From Neocallimastix sp. 'constans' (taxonomy: Eukaryota), in assembly GCA_050613775.1 (NCBI GenBank), contig JBODTK010000150.1:1-64000 (forward strand): 64,000 nt of DNA, written 5' to 3'. The position numbers were made by a program, and so were the translations under genes. Under the pieces are notes generated by a model. It was not told where the DNA came from, did no database searches, and worked only from the letters and a program-made list of their open reading frames with translations. This document shows, piece by piece, positions 9,820-23,466 of this stretch (position 1 is the stretch's first letter; each line of letters starts with the position of its first letter).

Positions 9820-12249
9820 TTCAAAAAGATTAAAGTTAAAAAAAAAAAAAAAAAAAGGATTAAAAATTAATAATATTTCTTATTAATTGCTTATCAAAAC
9901 AGTTATTATTATATAATAATTATTTATAAGAGTATAAATAATAATACAGAAAATACAATAAATTCATAACGAAATAGAGGAAGATAACGATATAATCCAT
10001 TAAAATTATACTAAAGAAAAACTCAAATAAAGAATCTTAGTTACGAATTATTAATAAATACCATTTTGATTGTTCTAGAAAAGAATCCTAATTATATAAC
10101 TATAATTTATTAATAAATCCAATCATTTTTTTATGTTAAACTAAATAGTTCTTTTTCTAAATATCAGAATATAATAGCAAAAGAGAATAATTTATAAATA
10201 TTACTCTTCCTAATAAGTTATCCAAAAAAAGAGATAATGGAAAAATAGTTTTTCATATTCAAAAGAAAATGGTTAATATTTTTGATGTTTTAAAAAATGG
10301 AAACTCAAAGCCAAAGAATGAAAGTATAGTCAAACATGACATGAAATAATAATGAAATGATTCTATTATTCTTGAATTATTAAATTTTCATTCAAATTTA
10401 TTGAAATAAGCCAAAAATATTCAATTGTTTTAAGATATAATAATAATGGACTTTACAAAGAAAGTTAGGAATAAAAATATAAAATTATAATATTGATAAG
10501 AAATGTACTAATTTTTATATTTTGTTACACTAAAAAAAAAAAAAAAAAAAAAAAAACTATAAAAAATTTCTAATAATAAATGAATTTATAAATAAATTTT
10601 CATATAAATTTTAAATTTTTAATTTTATTATTTATTTATTTTATATTTGTTTGTTTATATTATTTGTATATTTATTTATTTGTTTATTTATTTATTTATA
10701 ATATATTTATGATTGGTTATAAATAATTAAAATCAATTTCAATAAAATTTACAATAAAATTTATATTTATGTCGTGTAACACAAAAAATAATTTATAATT
10801 TTTTTTAATTTCTGGTATAATAATCTAAAAAGATTAAGTTATTGTATCAGGTTAGATTTTATTAAATTTTATTATAAATATTTCTAATTTATATCAATAT
10901 TTAATAATAATTTAGTCTGTTAAAGAGTATAATTATTCTCAGTAGCAAACACTAGTAGTAACAGTTTTCGTTGATTACTAGGAATTATTTTAGTTATTAT
11001 TGATTTTAAAAATTTTTTTTTTTAATTTGAAATTGAAGGTTTTATTATAAGAAAATCAAACACTCGAACATACAAAAACTTCAATGATAAAGTAATGTTT
11101 ACCCATGTAAATTTTTTATATAAATTATATAAATTTCTATAAATTTCTTCACAAATTTAAAATACTGAAATTAAGAGGAAATTTATTTTTTGTACTTTTA
11201 TAAAATAAAATTAATAATTATTTATTTATATTTTAATATAAAAAGTATTCATTATTTCGTTTATTCAATATCTAAATAATTTATCTAAATAATTTTTCAT
11301 TAAAATATTATTTTTTTTTATTTGATTGTAGAGGTATAAGGCTATAAACACTTTCTCCGAAAAGAAAGCCACCTTCCAAATACCCTTTTACAACAAAAGA
11401 AATTGATCATATAATAAAATAAAATATAAAAAATATATATATACATAAAAATAAACCTACTCATAAATACTTTACATTTACTTGATAGTAAAATTGATTT
11501 ATTTTAAAATTTATAATAAAAAGATAAATTACTTTAAAATAATTGTTAATATATCAAATAGGAAATCTTATTATAAATAATAAAAAAATTAATAATATAA
11601 AATCGAATATCTAAATGTTTTTTGTTAAATAAAACCATTATCATTTATATTTATTTTAAAAGTCAATTTATTTAATATTCAATAGATACTACTTATATAA
11701 AAAATAGATAATATAATTAAACATTTTAATAATATATATATATATATTTTTTTTATTAAATTACTGTTCAAAAAAAAAAATAATAAAATAAAATAAAAAA
11801 ATTAAATAATTTAATAAATATATGTAACAAAATAAGTATATATTGAATAAATAAATAAAATTCTTTTCAGATTAAAATAATAATGTTTAATGAATTTATT
11901 TTATTGATAATTAAATTAGACTATGAAATGATATAATAGTTTTATATATTGTCAATAATATTTATAATATATAAATAAATATACAATACAAATTATTTAT
12001 AGAATAAATCAGAAAAAAAAATTTTTTTTTTTTTTAGTTATATATAATCTTTTTTTTATAAATAAAAGAAAAGTTCTTTATAAGAGGTAATTCTTGTATT
12101 TATATAATAAAGTAATATAACAAGATAATTATAAATATATAAAATTTATGTATGTTTAAAATTTAGTATATATATATTTAAAATATTAATTAATTATTAT
12201 TTTTTAATTTAAAGAAAGTATAGAGTAATTATTTTTTAAATAATTTAAT

Positions 12250-13090
12250 TTTTTAAATCAATTACAATACTTATAATAGTTATAGTTTTGTAATTTTTGT
12301 ATTATTATAATGAAGATACTTTAATAATGGATGATAGAAATAGCAGAAATATATTCTATTCGTAATTATATTTAAATTTCTGCAATTATATAATTTATTT
12401 TTTATGTAAAGAAAAAATTGAAAAAATATATATTTTTTTATTAATTAATTATTATGAAAGGTTAATGAACTTTTTAAATTTTATTAATTTAAAAATTGAA
12501 ATTCATTTCATAATTAACAAATAATAATTGAAAAGTTTGAAGTATAGAATGATAAAAATAATAACAATAATAACATTAATATCAGTAAAATTAATCAATA
12601 AAGTAAATATTTATTTTAATTAATATAATTAAATAAATAAAATAATTTATTTATCAAGAAAAATCAATATTAAAGGAAATTATTATGTTTTTTTATAAGA
12701 AAATTACTTTTTATTTTAATTATTACAGTAATAAAATTCAAATAATCATGTAATTTTATATTATAATAATAAAGATACTATTATATTAGAAATAATGGAA
12801 ATATATTTTTTAATAATTGTTTCGAATTTTAACTTTTATGTTAGAGAAGAATTGAATAAATGATAAATTTTTCCTTAATAATTGATTAATAATTGTTATA
12901 AAAATATTAAATTATATGATTTTCATTAAAAAATTGAAATTCAATTTATTATTATTTTATAAAAATCAAAAGTTGAATTATATAAATGATAATAGTAGCA
13001 GTAGTAATAATATTAGTATCTAACAATGAAGTTTATATTTTATTTAATTTAACAATAAAAATAATTTATTTGCTCTTGAAAAATTAATAT
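12250..13090. repeat. Old, diverged ~450-bp tandem duplication
   Basis: Paired blocks AAGATACT...AGAAATA...GAAATATATT (~12315 and ~12775) and AAAAATTGAAATTCA...AATGATAA...AAAATAATTTATTT...GAAAAAT.AATATT (12491-12670 and 12928-13091). Confidence 0.55.
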
Positions 13091-13126
13091 TTATTTTAAA
13101 ACTTTGTAATTTATATTTGTAGAATT

Positions 13127-14644
13127 ATGTCAAAAACTATTATTTCCCATGGAAATGAATTTCATATAAATGATTATAATTTAGAAAATGGTAAATAATA
13201 ATAATAAATTAATAATTAAAAATATAATTATAAATGAATTTTATAATTATATCAATATTTATATTTAATAAATACATGTATATGATTTATATATTTTATA
13301 GAAATGAATTATTATAATAAAAATTTTCCAATTTTAAAAAATTTTGTGGATGTAGTTTTACATTATAATAAACAATTGAATACACCATTACGTTTATTTT
13401 CACACGAAGAATTGTATAGGTAGTTTAAAACTATCGTTTAATTATTATTTGTTCATATTAAAAAATAATGATAGATTTTAATTTTATATTTATATTTTCC
13501 TGTAATATTATGAATATAGGATTGTATATACTCTTTGTAGACAAGGCCATAAAAAACTTGTTTATGATAATTTAATTGAAATTTACCGTAGTTTCTGCGA
13601 TGAAACCGTAACAGAATTAGAATCATTTAAACAAAATGAAACTTTTCTTACAATATTTAGTCAAATTGTATCTAATTACGTAAAATCATTTGACGTCATA
13701 ATTAATATTTTTGCTTATTTAGTAAATATAATAATAATAATAATTGAAGAATTGAATATATTTATAATTAAAAAATTTAATTAATTAAATATAATTAAAT
13801 ACTAATATTATATAATTAAAATTGCTTATTATATATCACATTTTAATATAATGAATGTATTAGGATAAATCCTATATAATGGAGGAACTGAAGACTTCAT
13901 TAAATGTAATATTAAAATATATTTTTGATGATTATATTTTTTCAAGAATTAAAGATCGTATTAGATATTCTTTATGTATGTATACCAATAATAATATACA
14001 AATTTCTCAAAATTTAATTATTACAATAACACAGGCATTATATACTTTAAATCCTTGTAAGATATAATCATATATATATTAATTATTATGCTAAACTGTT
14101 ATATAAATATTTATATGTTTATAAAATCATTTTATTAATTAGTATTATTTTAAATTTCTATCAAATTTACTTTTATAATTTATAATTTTTATTTGAAATA
14201 TAATACAAAAATCAAATTATGTTATTATTATTTTTAAAAAAAGCTTATGCATATATTAATCCAACGCTTTTTAGGAAGACTGTTTTAAACTTTATTGTTC
14301 CTAAAAATTTTACGGAGTTACAAGTTAACTATACAAAATTAGAAACTCAGTACTTTCTTAGTTTGATTAAAAATGAAACTTTTAATGAATCGGTATTGTT
14401 TTCATCAATACCTTATTCATCCATTTATTCCATTGATATAGATTCCGATGGATTATCTGAAAAAAGTAATTCATCAACATCAACGTTATATTATAAATCT
14501 CCAATTTCAAATACTTCACAAACAGATGAAATATCAAAAAATATTTTACCTCAATCATCAAAAAGAAGCCTTGTTACAGATATATGCGATAATAGTCTTG
14601 AAAATAATTCACATAAGCGAATTTGTATTAAACTTGATTCATAG
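13127..14644 (+). CDS. CACUL1-like protein (stand-alone cullin N-terminal domain)
   Basis: Exons 13127-13190, 13302-13419, 13520-13721, 13864-14056 and 14244-14644 join in frame. Cullin repeat-1 motifs FSHEELYRIVYTLC and IFAYLDKSYI are followed by QALYTLNPSYAYINPTLF, resembling CACUL1 (GLYTLRP...APTLF). No cullin C-terminal or neddylation domain. Confidence 0.75.
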
Positions 14645-15144
14645 TTGTATGGCGATGTTTTTTATTTAATATTGTGATGATATTAAATAGATGAAAGATA
14701 TAAAGATTAACTAAATATTATATTTATATATATTTAAAAGGTTAAGAAGAATTATTTTTCATAACTGTAATGATAAAACAAACAAAAAAAAAATATTGAA
14801 TTTTTAATTTTAACTACTTTGTTGTATATAAATGGGATATTATATTAAATATAATTCATTATTTATATTTTCTTATTTTATTTTTTTTTATTGTAATAAT
14901 TATTTATAATTATTTATTTTAATTTTATTTTGTTTTTTTGTTTCGTTATTAATAATTTATTAATAATTATTAAAAATGGATATATAATGTTATAAAATTA
15001 TAGTTATAAAAAATTAATCAAATAGTCAACTTAATATACCATTTTAATCTAATAATATAAATTATAAATATTTTAACTTTAAATTTATGAAATATTTATT
15101 TATTTATTTATTAATTTTGTTATTTTTTGGTTTAAATGATTTTA

Positions 15145-15235
<91 letters not shown>

Positions 15236-15250
15236 ATAGATAAATAAATA
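15145..15250. repeat. (TAAA)n microsatellite
   Basis: Tandem TAAA units. Confidence 0.95.
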
Positions 15251-15499
15251 AACAAACAAACAAATAAATAATATATCAAACTATTTTTTTAGATAGATAA
15301 CATTCATATTTTATATATAAGTATATATATATATATATTTTTTTTTTTTTAATTAAAAAATATATTTATTTTTAAATTAAATATATAATGTTAAACTATA
15401 TATATAATGAATAAATAATAAATTATCTTTCACTATCACTGTTATATAAATTCATTTTATCAATAAATTTAATTTATTTTTTATTAATATATATATTAG

Positions 15500-16560
15500 T
15501 GTTTTGTAAATTATTAAGACGCTTATTCAAATTTACCCTTAAATTCCATGCTTTAAAAAAATAAAATTTATTTTAATATGCATTAATTGTTTAAACTTTA
15601 TTCCTTTTTTAACAGACATTGAAGGATTTCTAAAGAATTTTTATTTGTCAAATGCTTTATATTACAGAAGTCACTCTTTTTTTTTCATGTTGATTAATTA
15701 TTTCCATTGAAATTCTAAATTATTTTTAAATTAATTCTTAAATTCTGATGAATCATTTATAGATTTATTATCATCAAGATTTGATGAATAATAATCATTC
15801 TTAATGATAGATGATAATAATGATTTTGGTGTATCAGATATTATAATTGTAGTATTAATTAAATAAGCATTATTATATTGATTTGTATCATGGTTCTTTT
15901 GAAAATCATTGAAATTGTAGTGTTTTGTATATTAATGTTTAACGTAGGATTAAAACTATCATATTATGTGAATAATCTTTATCTACTATTAGATTGTTGT
16001 TAGAATTCATAATATTTAAACTTTTATTGGAAAATTAATTGCTAGTTTGTTTAATGAAAAAATCATATTATTTTTCAAAATCATTGAACTTAATGTATTA
16101 ATAGGTGATTTTAATATATCTTTAGTCAAATTTAATTGATTTAACATATTATTATTTTTATTACTAATATTTGTTTGGGAATCTGTTTTATTGTAAGATT
16201 CATTAATATTTTTTGATGGTGATGATGATTCAATTTTATATATTTGATTATTTGAATTATTATTTATATTTATTAGGGTTGCTAATTAAGTTAGTAGAAT
16301 TAATTATATCAGTGGTTGATGTTTCATTGATTTTCATTATTTGAAATATTATTATTATTACTTGTATCTTTACTATTTGCAAGAAGAGGATATACTGATA
16401 TATCCAATATTCTAATTATATTATTATAATATTTATCATCATTATTATTATCATTACTAGAGATAAATGCTATTGAATTGGCTTTTTTCGCTTAAAATAG
16501 AAATATACTATTATCTAATTTAATATTTAAAGAATAACTTCCTTTAAAATTTGAGTTCAA
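15500..16560 (-). pseudogene. Decayed N/S-rich coding relic
   Basis: Minus-strand codon-like stretches such as SDTPKSLLSSIIKNDYYSSNLDDNKSINDSSEFKN, interrupted by stops and frameshifts. No family recognised. Confidence 0.3.
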
Positions 16561-16670
16561 TGTTCAATAGATTATTAAGTATAAATATACATATAACTAA
16601 TTTTTTATGTTATTTATGTTTAAAATTTTGAAATAATGAAAATTATAATAAAAAATTAGAGATTAATTAA

Positions 16671-16704
<34 letters not shown>

Positions 16705-16986
16705 GATTGAATATATTATATATTAATAATATGTAACTAATATATATATGTTATAATTTATGTGGTTATATATATTATATATATACTACTAAATACATTA
16801 AACTAAAGAGAATTATTTTTAGTTGATGAATAAGAAAAAAAAAAAAAAAAAAAGAATTAAATAGGATAATACTATATATTAATATCTACAATTGTTTATT
16901 AATAATTAAAATTTTAAATTTGGTACTGCATAAAATTCATATGATTATACAAAGGTGGATAAATAAATATAAAAATATATTATTTA

Positions 16987-17017
<31 letters not shown>

Positions 17018-17327
17018 TATATATAACTATATTTTGTACAAAATAATATATATATAATGTATATATTTTGATATAAAATTTATATTAATTTTTTATTTAT
17101 TATTTTTTGTTTATAAACTTTTTTAATTTATAAAATACACCTTTTACAAAAAAAGTTTTTTGGTAAATTAAAAATATTATATTGATTGGCTACTATGATA
17201 TTATATAACAGAATAATGAATGATGAAATAAAATATTTTAAAAAAAATTTTAAATAATAAAATCAATACATCTCAAAAAAGATTTCCTGTGTTTCAAAGA
17301 AAAAATTAGAATAAAAACAGACTATTC

Positions 17328-17398
<71 letters not shown>

Positions 17399-17939
17399 AC
17401 AATATTTATTATTATTAAATTTTTAAATTATTATTATTTTATAATTGTTATTAATGTGGAAGTTGAACAAAATTCATAGAGTTATGACCGAAAAGCATTT
17501 TCCAAGATAGATATGCTTATTTAGCATTAAAGAAATTAATAAAAGTATAAATATTTTAATAATTATTAAATAAAGTATTATTTTATTTAATCTTAATTTA
17601 AAATTACAAATTATTTAATTTTGTAATTATAAATATATATTTTATAAAAAGATATATAAATATATAAATTTAATTTAAAAGAAATTTTTTATATTATTCT
17701 TTCATTATCATTATTATTTTTTAAATAACCTAGTGTCTAATTTATTGCTTTAATTAATAACAATTTCTTTTTTAATTAATATTGGAACATATTAATAAAT
17801 ATGTTATATAAAATTAAATGATAGATTATTTCATTAAGATTTATTGTATTATCAATTATGAAATTTATATTATTTTGTTAATATTTATTAATATTAACAA
17901 AAGTTCTATATATATAATTTTTTATATATAAAAAGATAT

Positions 17940-18570
17940 TTGCTTTCTATGCAATATTTCTTTATTAATTTTCGAAATAATGATTATTCTTTCTTAATTG
18001 ATATTTTTATTATTTAATTAACAACTATCTTTTCTTTAGATTATTTTTTGTTATCTTCATTTTTACTGTTCTTTTGCTTTTCTTTCATTAGATTTATTAT
18101 AAACTAAAATTTCTTTCATTGCTTTCTTTTAAATATTTATTTTATCATCCTTTTATTATAATTTTAATTGATTTCTTATCTGACCTAATTTCACAATTGA
18201 TTGCTCAATCAGTTTACTTTTTCTGTTCGTTCATACTTTCTAATTTCTTTAATATTATTATATAAATGCATTTCACTCATTTTTAATTAACATTTCTTTA
18301 TTCAATAAAATGCTTTTTAATATTTCATTTTATATCACTATTAATTTTTTTTGATTTTTTGAAGTTATTGTCATTTTCATAAAGTTAGTCATTTTATATT
18401 CAATATGTATAATATATATGATCCACCAATTATCTCCTAATCTCCAGAATTTTATTAATACACATTTTTGAATATTTTTTATATTCTAATTTATTCAATA
18501 TCGTTTGATATACCATTAAAGCATTATTTTAAGATATTTTTAAAGTAATTTTAATTTTGATTCGGTAGTT
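17940..18570 (-). pseudogene. Decayed K/E-rich coding relic
   Basis: Purine-rich, codon-like composition on the minus strand with stops. No family recognised. Confidence 0.2.
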
Positions 18571-19127
18571 TTTATTATCAAAATAAATATTTTTTTTTTT
18601 TTTTAATTTTATTTTTATTTTTATTATTTTTATTTTTATTATTTTTATTTTTTTATTCATTTTGTTTTATCTGATTTGTATTTTAATTATAGTCATATTT
18701 TAATATTTATTTTATTATTATTTCATATTTATATTCTATTATCTGTTATATTTTATTCTATTTTTATTCTATTTCATATTGTTTTATTATATTCAATATG
18801 CATATTATATTCATATTTTACCATTTAATTTATTTCATCTTATTTTATTCAATCTATACTTTAATTATGTTTTTATTTTATTATTTATTTTCATTTATTT
18901 TTATTTTTATTTGTATATATATTTTAATTTTCCATTTTTTCTTCATTCTTCTATTCTTTTAATCTTCTATTCGTTCATTCGTTCATTCTTTCATTCTTTC
19001 ATTTTGTTATTTATTTTTTTTTTTTTATTTTTTATTTTTTATTTTTTATTTTTTTATGCTTTATTGTATATTTTTTATTATTTAATTTCTATTTTATTTA
19101 AATATTTATTTTTTTTTATGCCTTTAA

Positions 19128-19159
<32 letters not shown>

Positions 19160-19169
19160 TTACTATTAC

Positions 19170-19259
<90 letters not shown>

Positions 19260-19612
19260 TTATTTTTTTTATCTGGTTTATACATATAATATAAATGATT
19301 TTAGATTTAACAAACATTTAAATATAAATAATTTACTATTATTTATTATTTAAAACATTTAAAACATTTAATAAATACTAGTATAATTAGAAAATATATA
19401 AATGTTCTACTAAAAAATATGATAATGGTCGCTGTCACATGAATGTTTTGAATTTTATGTTCTATAACAATAATTATGAAACAAAAATTATAAATTATTG
19501 TTATTAATTTGGATTATACATATTAAATAATATATAAATATATAGACATTTGTTTCTATTATTAATATTAGCAATAATATAATATTAAATTAAAATCAAA
19601 ATATTAAATAAA

Positions 19613-19644
<32 letters not shown>

Positions 19645-19907
19645 TTTTCTATATTTATTTTAAACTAATCTTTCCACATTTAATGATTTCATAATAATTA
19701 TTAAATTTATAAAAGTTCCAAGAAGTCAGTACAAATATCTTTGATTTAAGTGAAAGAAAAAAAGTAAAGTTTTTTTTATGTAATATGTTTATTTTATTTA
19801 AGTGAAAAATATGAAAATATTAAAAATTATTATTATTTTAATTTAATTTATTTAATCAAAAACAATATTAGAGAAGTGTAAGTAAATAAACATAAATAAA
19901 CAAACTC

Positions 19908-19939
<32 letters not shown>

Positions 19940-20388
19940 TTTTTTTTTTTATGAATTTAGATTTCATTTTTAAATATGATTAAATTATTAAATTGAATGA
20001 TAGAATTATTTTAATTATTATTCTTAAAATAATGAATAAAACCGAATGAAAAAAAAAAATAATAATGGAAATAAATATGAATTTAATAATGTAATTGAAA
20101 TATAATAAATTTCATTTAAAATTTTTTGTTTTTAAAATTATGAGATTTAACATATATATATATATATATATACAGAAAAAAAAAAATAAAAATAATAATA
20201 ATAAAAAAAAAAAAGTCTTTTTTTGTTTTAAAATAATATATATATATTTTTAATTTAATAATAATATTAATGAAATTTTAATAAATAAATAAACATGTTA
20301 ATTATAATAAATGTTTATAAATTCAATAATAATTATAAGGTAAATAGTAAGACTTTACCATAAGAGAGATTAATTTTTTTGATTTATA

Positions 20389-20440
<52 letters not shown>

Positions 20441-20551
20441 TTGTTGTTGTAAATATTTGTTTTATTCATATGAAATAGGTTATTAATAGTATCCAATAAT
20501 AACCTTTATTATATTTTATAATATTTATTGATATAATTAGATTAAATAACT

Positions 20552-20955
20552 ATGAGCGTTGTACTTCCTTCATTGGATCCATATAAAATTGGATATGTCG
20601 ATCCAGCTAGAATAAAAATAGCTATTGTTCCAGTTGGAAAAATTAAGAAGAAGTTATTTAAAAAATTTATTGAAATAATATCTGAAAAAGAAATTTTAGA
20701 TTTGAAGGATATTCCTTTTATTTTACAAGAAAATGGTATAAAATTTAAATAAAAATTATTTGAAATTTAATTTTCGTACTTCAATTACTTCTACTAATGA
20801 TAATGATAATAAATATATATATATAGGTGTTGTTAATAATAAGAAACCTGAGGAAGGAAAAGTTTTATTGAAATATGTTACTTCGCATAATGTTGAGCAT
20901 GGAAGATATGAAGATATTCAACCTTTTAGAAGAATTTTTGGGGTTAATATTTTGG

Positions 20956-21004
<49 letters not shown>

Positions 21005-23435
21005 CATAATAATTAATAAATTATTTATTGAAATGCTAATATATTTTAATAAAGGTTATTGGTATTATTGATTGCGAACAACAACAAGATATTCAAAAAG
21101 AATATCAAAAATTTAAAAAATTAATTTCAAAAAAGGTATATAAACTTTGATATTATTTAAATTAATTGCTGATATAGTAGAATAAAATTATTAATTATTA
21201 AAATGAACTTTATTATTTTCAGTTTTCAACAATTTTATCAAGAGTGTGTTTTGCTCATAATCCATCGGAAGAACAAAAATCAGAATTATTATCTATTGAG
21301 CCTGTTCAATTTTTTACCGATGATGAATCCTTTAAAGCGAAATACAATGAAGTATTAGTTCAATTAATATCAAATATTATTACAAGATTCGATACATTGG
21401 TAATTTAATAAATATAATAAATTAATAAAAGTTCTTATTATTAGATTTTAATATTAATAAAAATGATTTTAATAAAAGATAAATGATATCAAAAGATTAC
21501 AAATAATTCATTCACCAAAACCAAATAACCCTACTGCTAAAGATCAGAAGGATTATGTTAATAATCCTATACCTACTACAATGACTATGAAGAAAGAACC
21601 ATCAAATTTTCCAATTTTACCACCAAGTGTATATGTTAGTGGAACTGCACGAGAAATAAGTCAGAATTCACAAACAGTGGAAACTTCTAGTCCTACTGTA
21701 CTTACAAATCCTAGTCTTCAAAATGTTGTAGGAATGTTAGCTGATTCTAGGGCTCGCAAACTTACAGCCTCGAGATCTCAGAAACTTGCATCAGATTTAT
21801 TACTTTTAGCAGGAAGAGTTTCTGAAGCCGCAAAAAAGTATCGAATATTAGTAATATATTTAAACATTTTATAAAATTATTATTAACTTATAATTATTTA
21901 ATATTTAATTGATAGTTATTCGAATATTCTAGAAACAATGAAGAATAATAATGATTTTTTATGGCAAGCTGTTTGTATGGAATCATATCAATGTGCGTTG
22001 TTCTTGGAAGCATTACAAAATAATAAAAGCACTACAATAAAAATTGTAATAAAAAATATTTATATTCATATTTTAAGAGATGACAGAAAAAAAAATAAAT
22101 AAAATTTAATTTTAATAATATAATTATATTTATTATAAAATTTATTATTTATATTAAAAAGCAAAATAAGGATAATTCAACTGAAACTGAAGACTTAAAA
22201 TTTGATACTTTAACATCATATGAACATTTTAGAAAAACTGGATTGACCATTTATCATACAAATATTAAATTAAAGACATTAATTTGTGAATTGCCTGAAA
22301 GAACTAGAGAAGTTATTGCATTATATGATAAAGTTTCTGATAAAGAAGATAAACCTTCTTATCCTTTTTTGGCTATTACGAGTTGTTTAAGAATTGCAAA
22401 ATTACTTTCAATTATGCACAATATTCACTTAAATAGCTCATTTTTATCAGGAGCATCAATACAACTTAATTCTAATAAAAGACTTTCATCACCAAATATA
22501 AATATTGATAATAATGTTAATATTGTTGAACCTGTTAATGGTGTATCCAAAATTGCAGTAGCCTCTTGGTTAAATAAGGCATGGCATGGCGGTTTACAAT
22601 TTCTTTCTGAAAATTTAAAAATAGATATTTGTGCATCAATTTCAGCAATTTACGGTTCAGTTGGAATGTTACGTAAACATGCTTTCTTTTTACATCAAAC
22701 TGATTTAATGACTGTAACTTATATTAGAAATTTAATACAAAAAAATTTAACAAAAAATAAAGATTCAAGTTCCTCAACTTCCCCAATTTCTCCAAGGAGT
22801 AATTCTTTTGATGTATTAAATGATGACGATGATGATGAAAGTAATCGTTTTATTGCATATCCATCTGGTGAATTGATGGAACGTGTTTGCGAGATTATAG
22901 GAATTGGTGAATCCTGTAAATATTAATAAACATAATTTTTAGAAATAAAAATATTTAATAATAAAATTTTTGTTTTTGTTTAATTTTATTTAATTTTATA
23001 TTTATATATATATATATATATATTTATTATTATTATTATTATAATTATTATTATTATTTTTTTTTTTTGAATAATTTTACTTTATACTAGTGAGAACAAC
23101 TCCTTTACTTGTACCATATAAAAATGATTTAGTTTGGGAAATGAGAAAGGATGAATTGAAAAAAAAAGAAGCATTAAAATGGAATAATAGACAGTCATCT
23201 CAAGAAAATTTAGGTAAACCGAAATTTGAAAATCTTCAATTTGGATGGCCAGAATTACAAATATTTATGATGAAACAATGCTTAGAAATGTCATTAATTT
23301 CTGAAGGTAGAATAATTAAAATATATTCGATAAATAGATTAAAATTTTATATATTTATAATATTATTAATTTATATTAATTTTTTATTAATTTTTTATTA
23401 TATTTTTATTTTTAATTGTTTATTTTTATTTTTTA

Positions 23436-23466
<31 letters not shown>

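Noticed and set aside
10951..10982. Hairpin ending in CTAG, a possible Helitron 3' end
   Set aside because: The CTAG lies within the stem rather than ~10 nt downstream, and no 5' TC end or RepHel sequence was found.
11035..11420. Exon-like pieces and a foldable stem at 11326-11393
   Set aside because: I could not assemble an open multi-exon gene. The pairing is loose and has no H/ACA partner hairpin.
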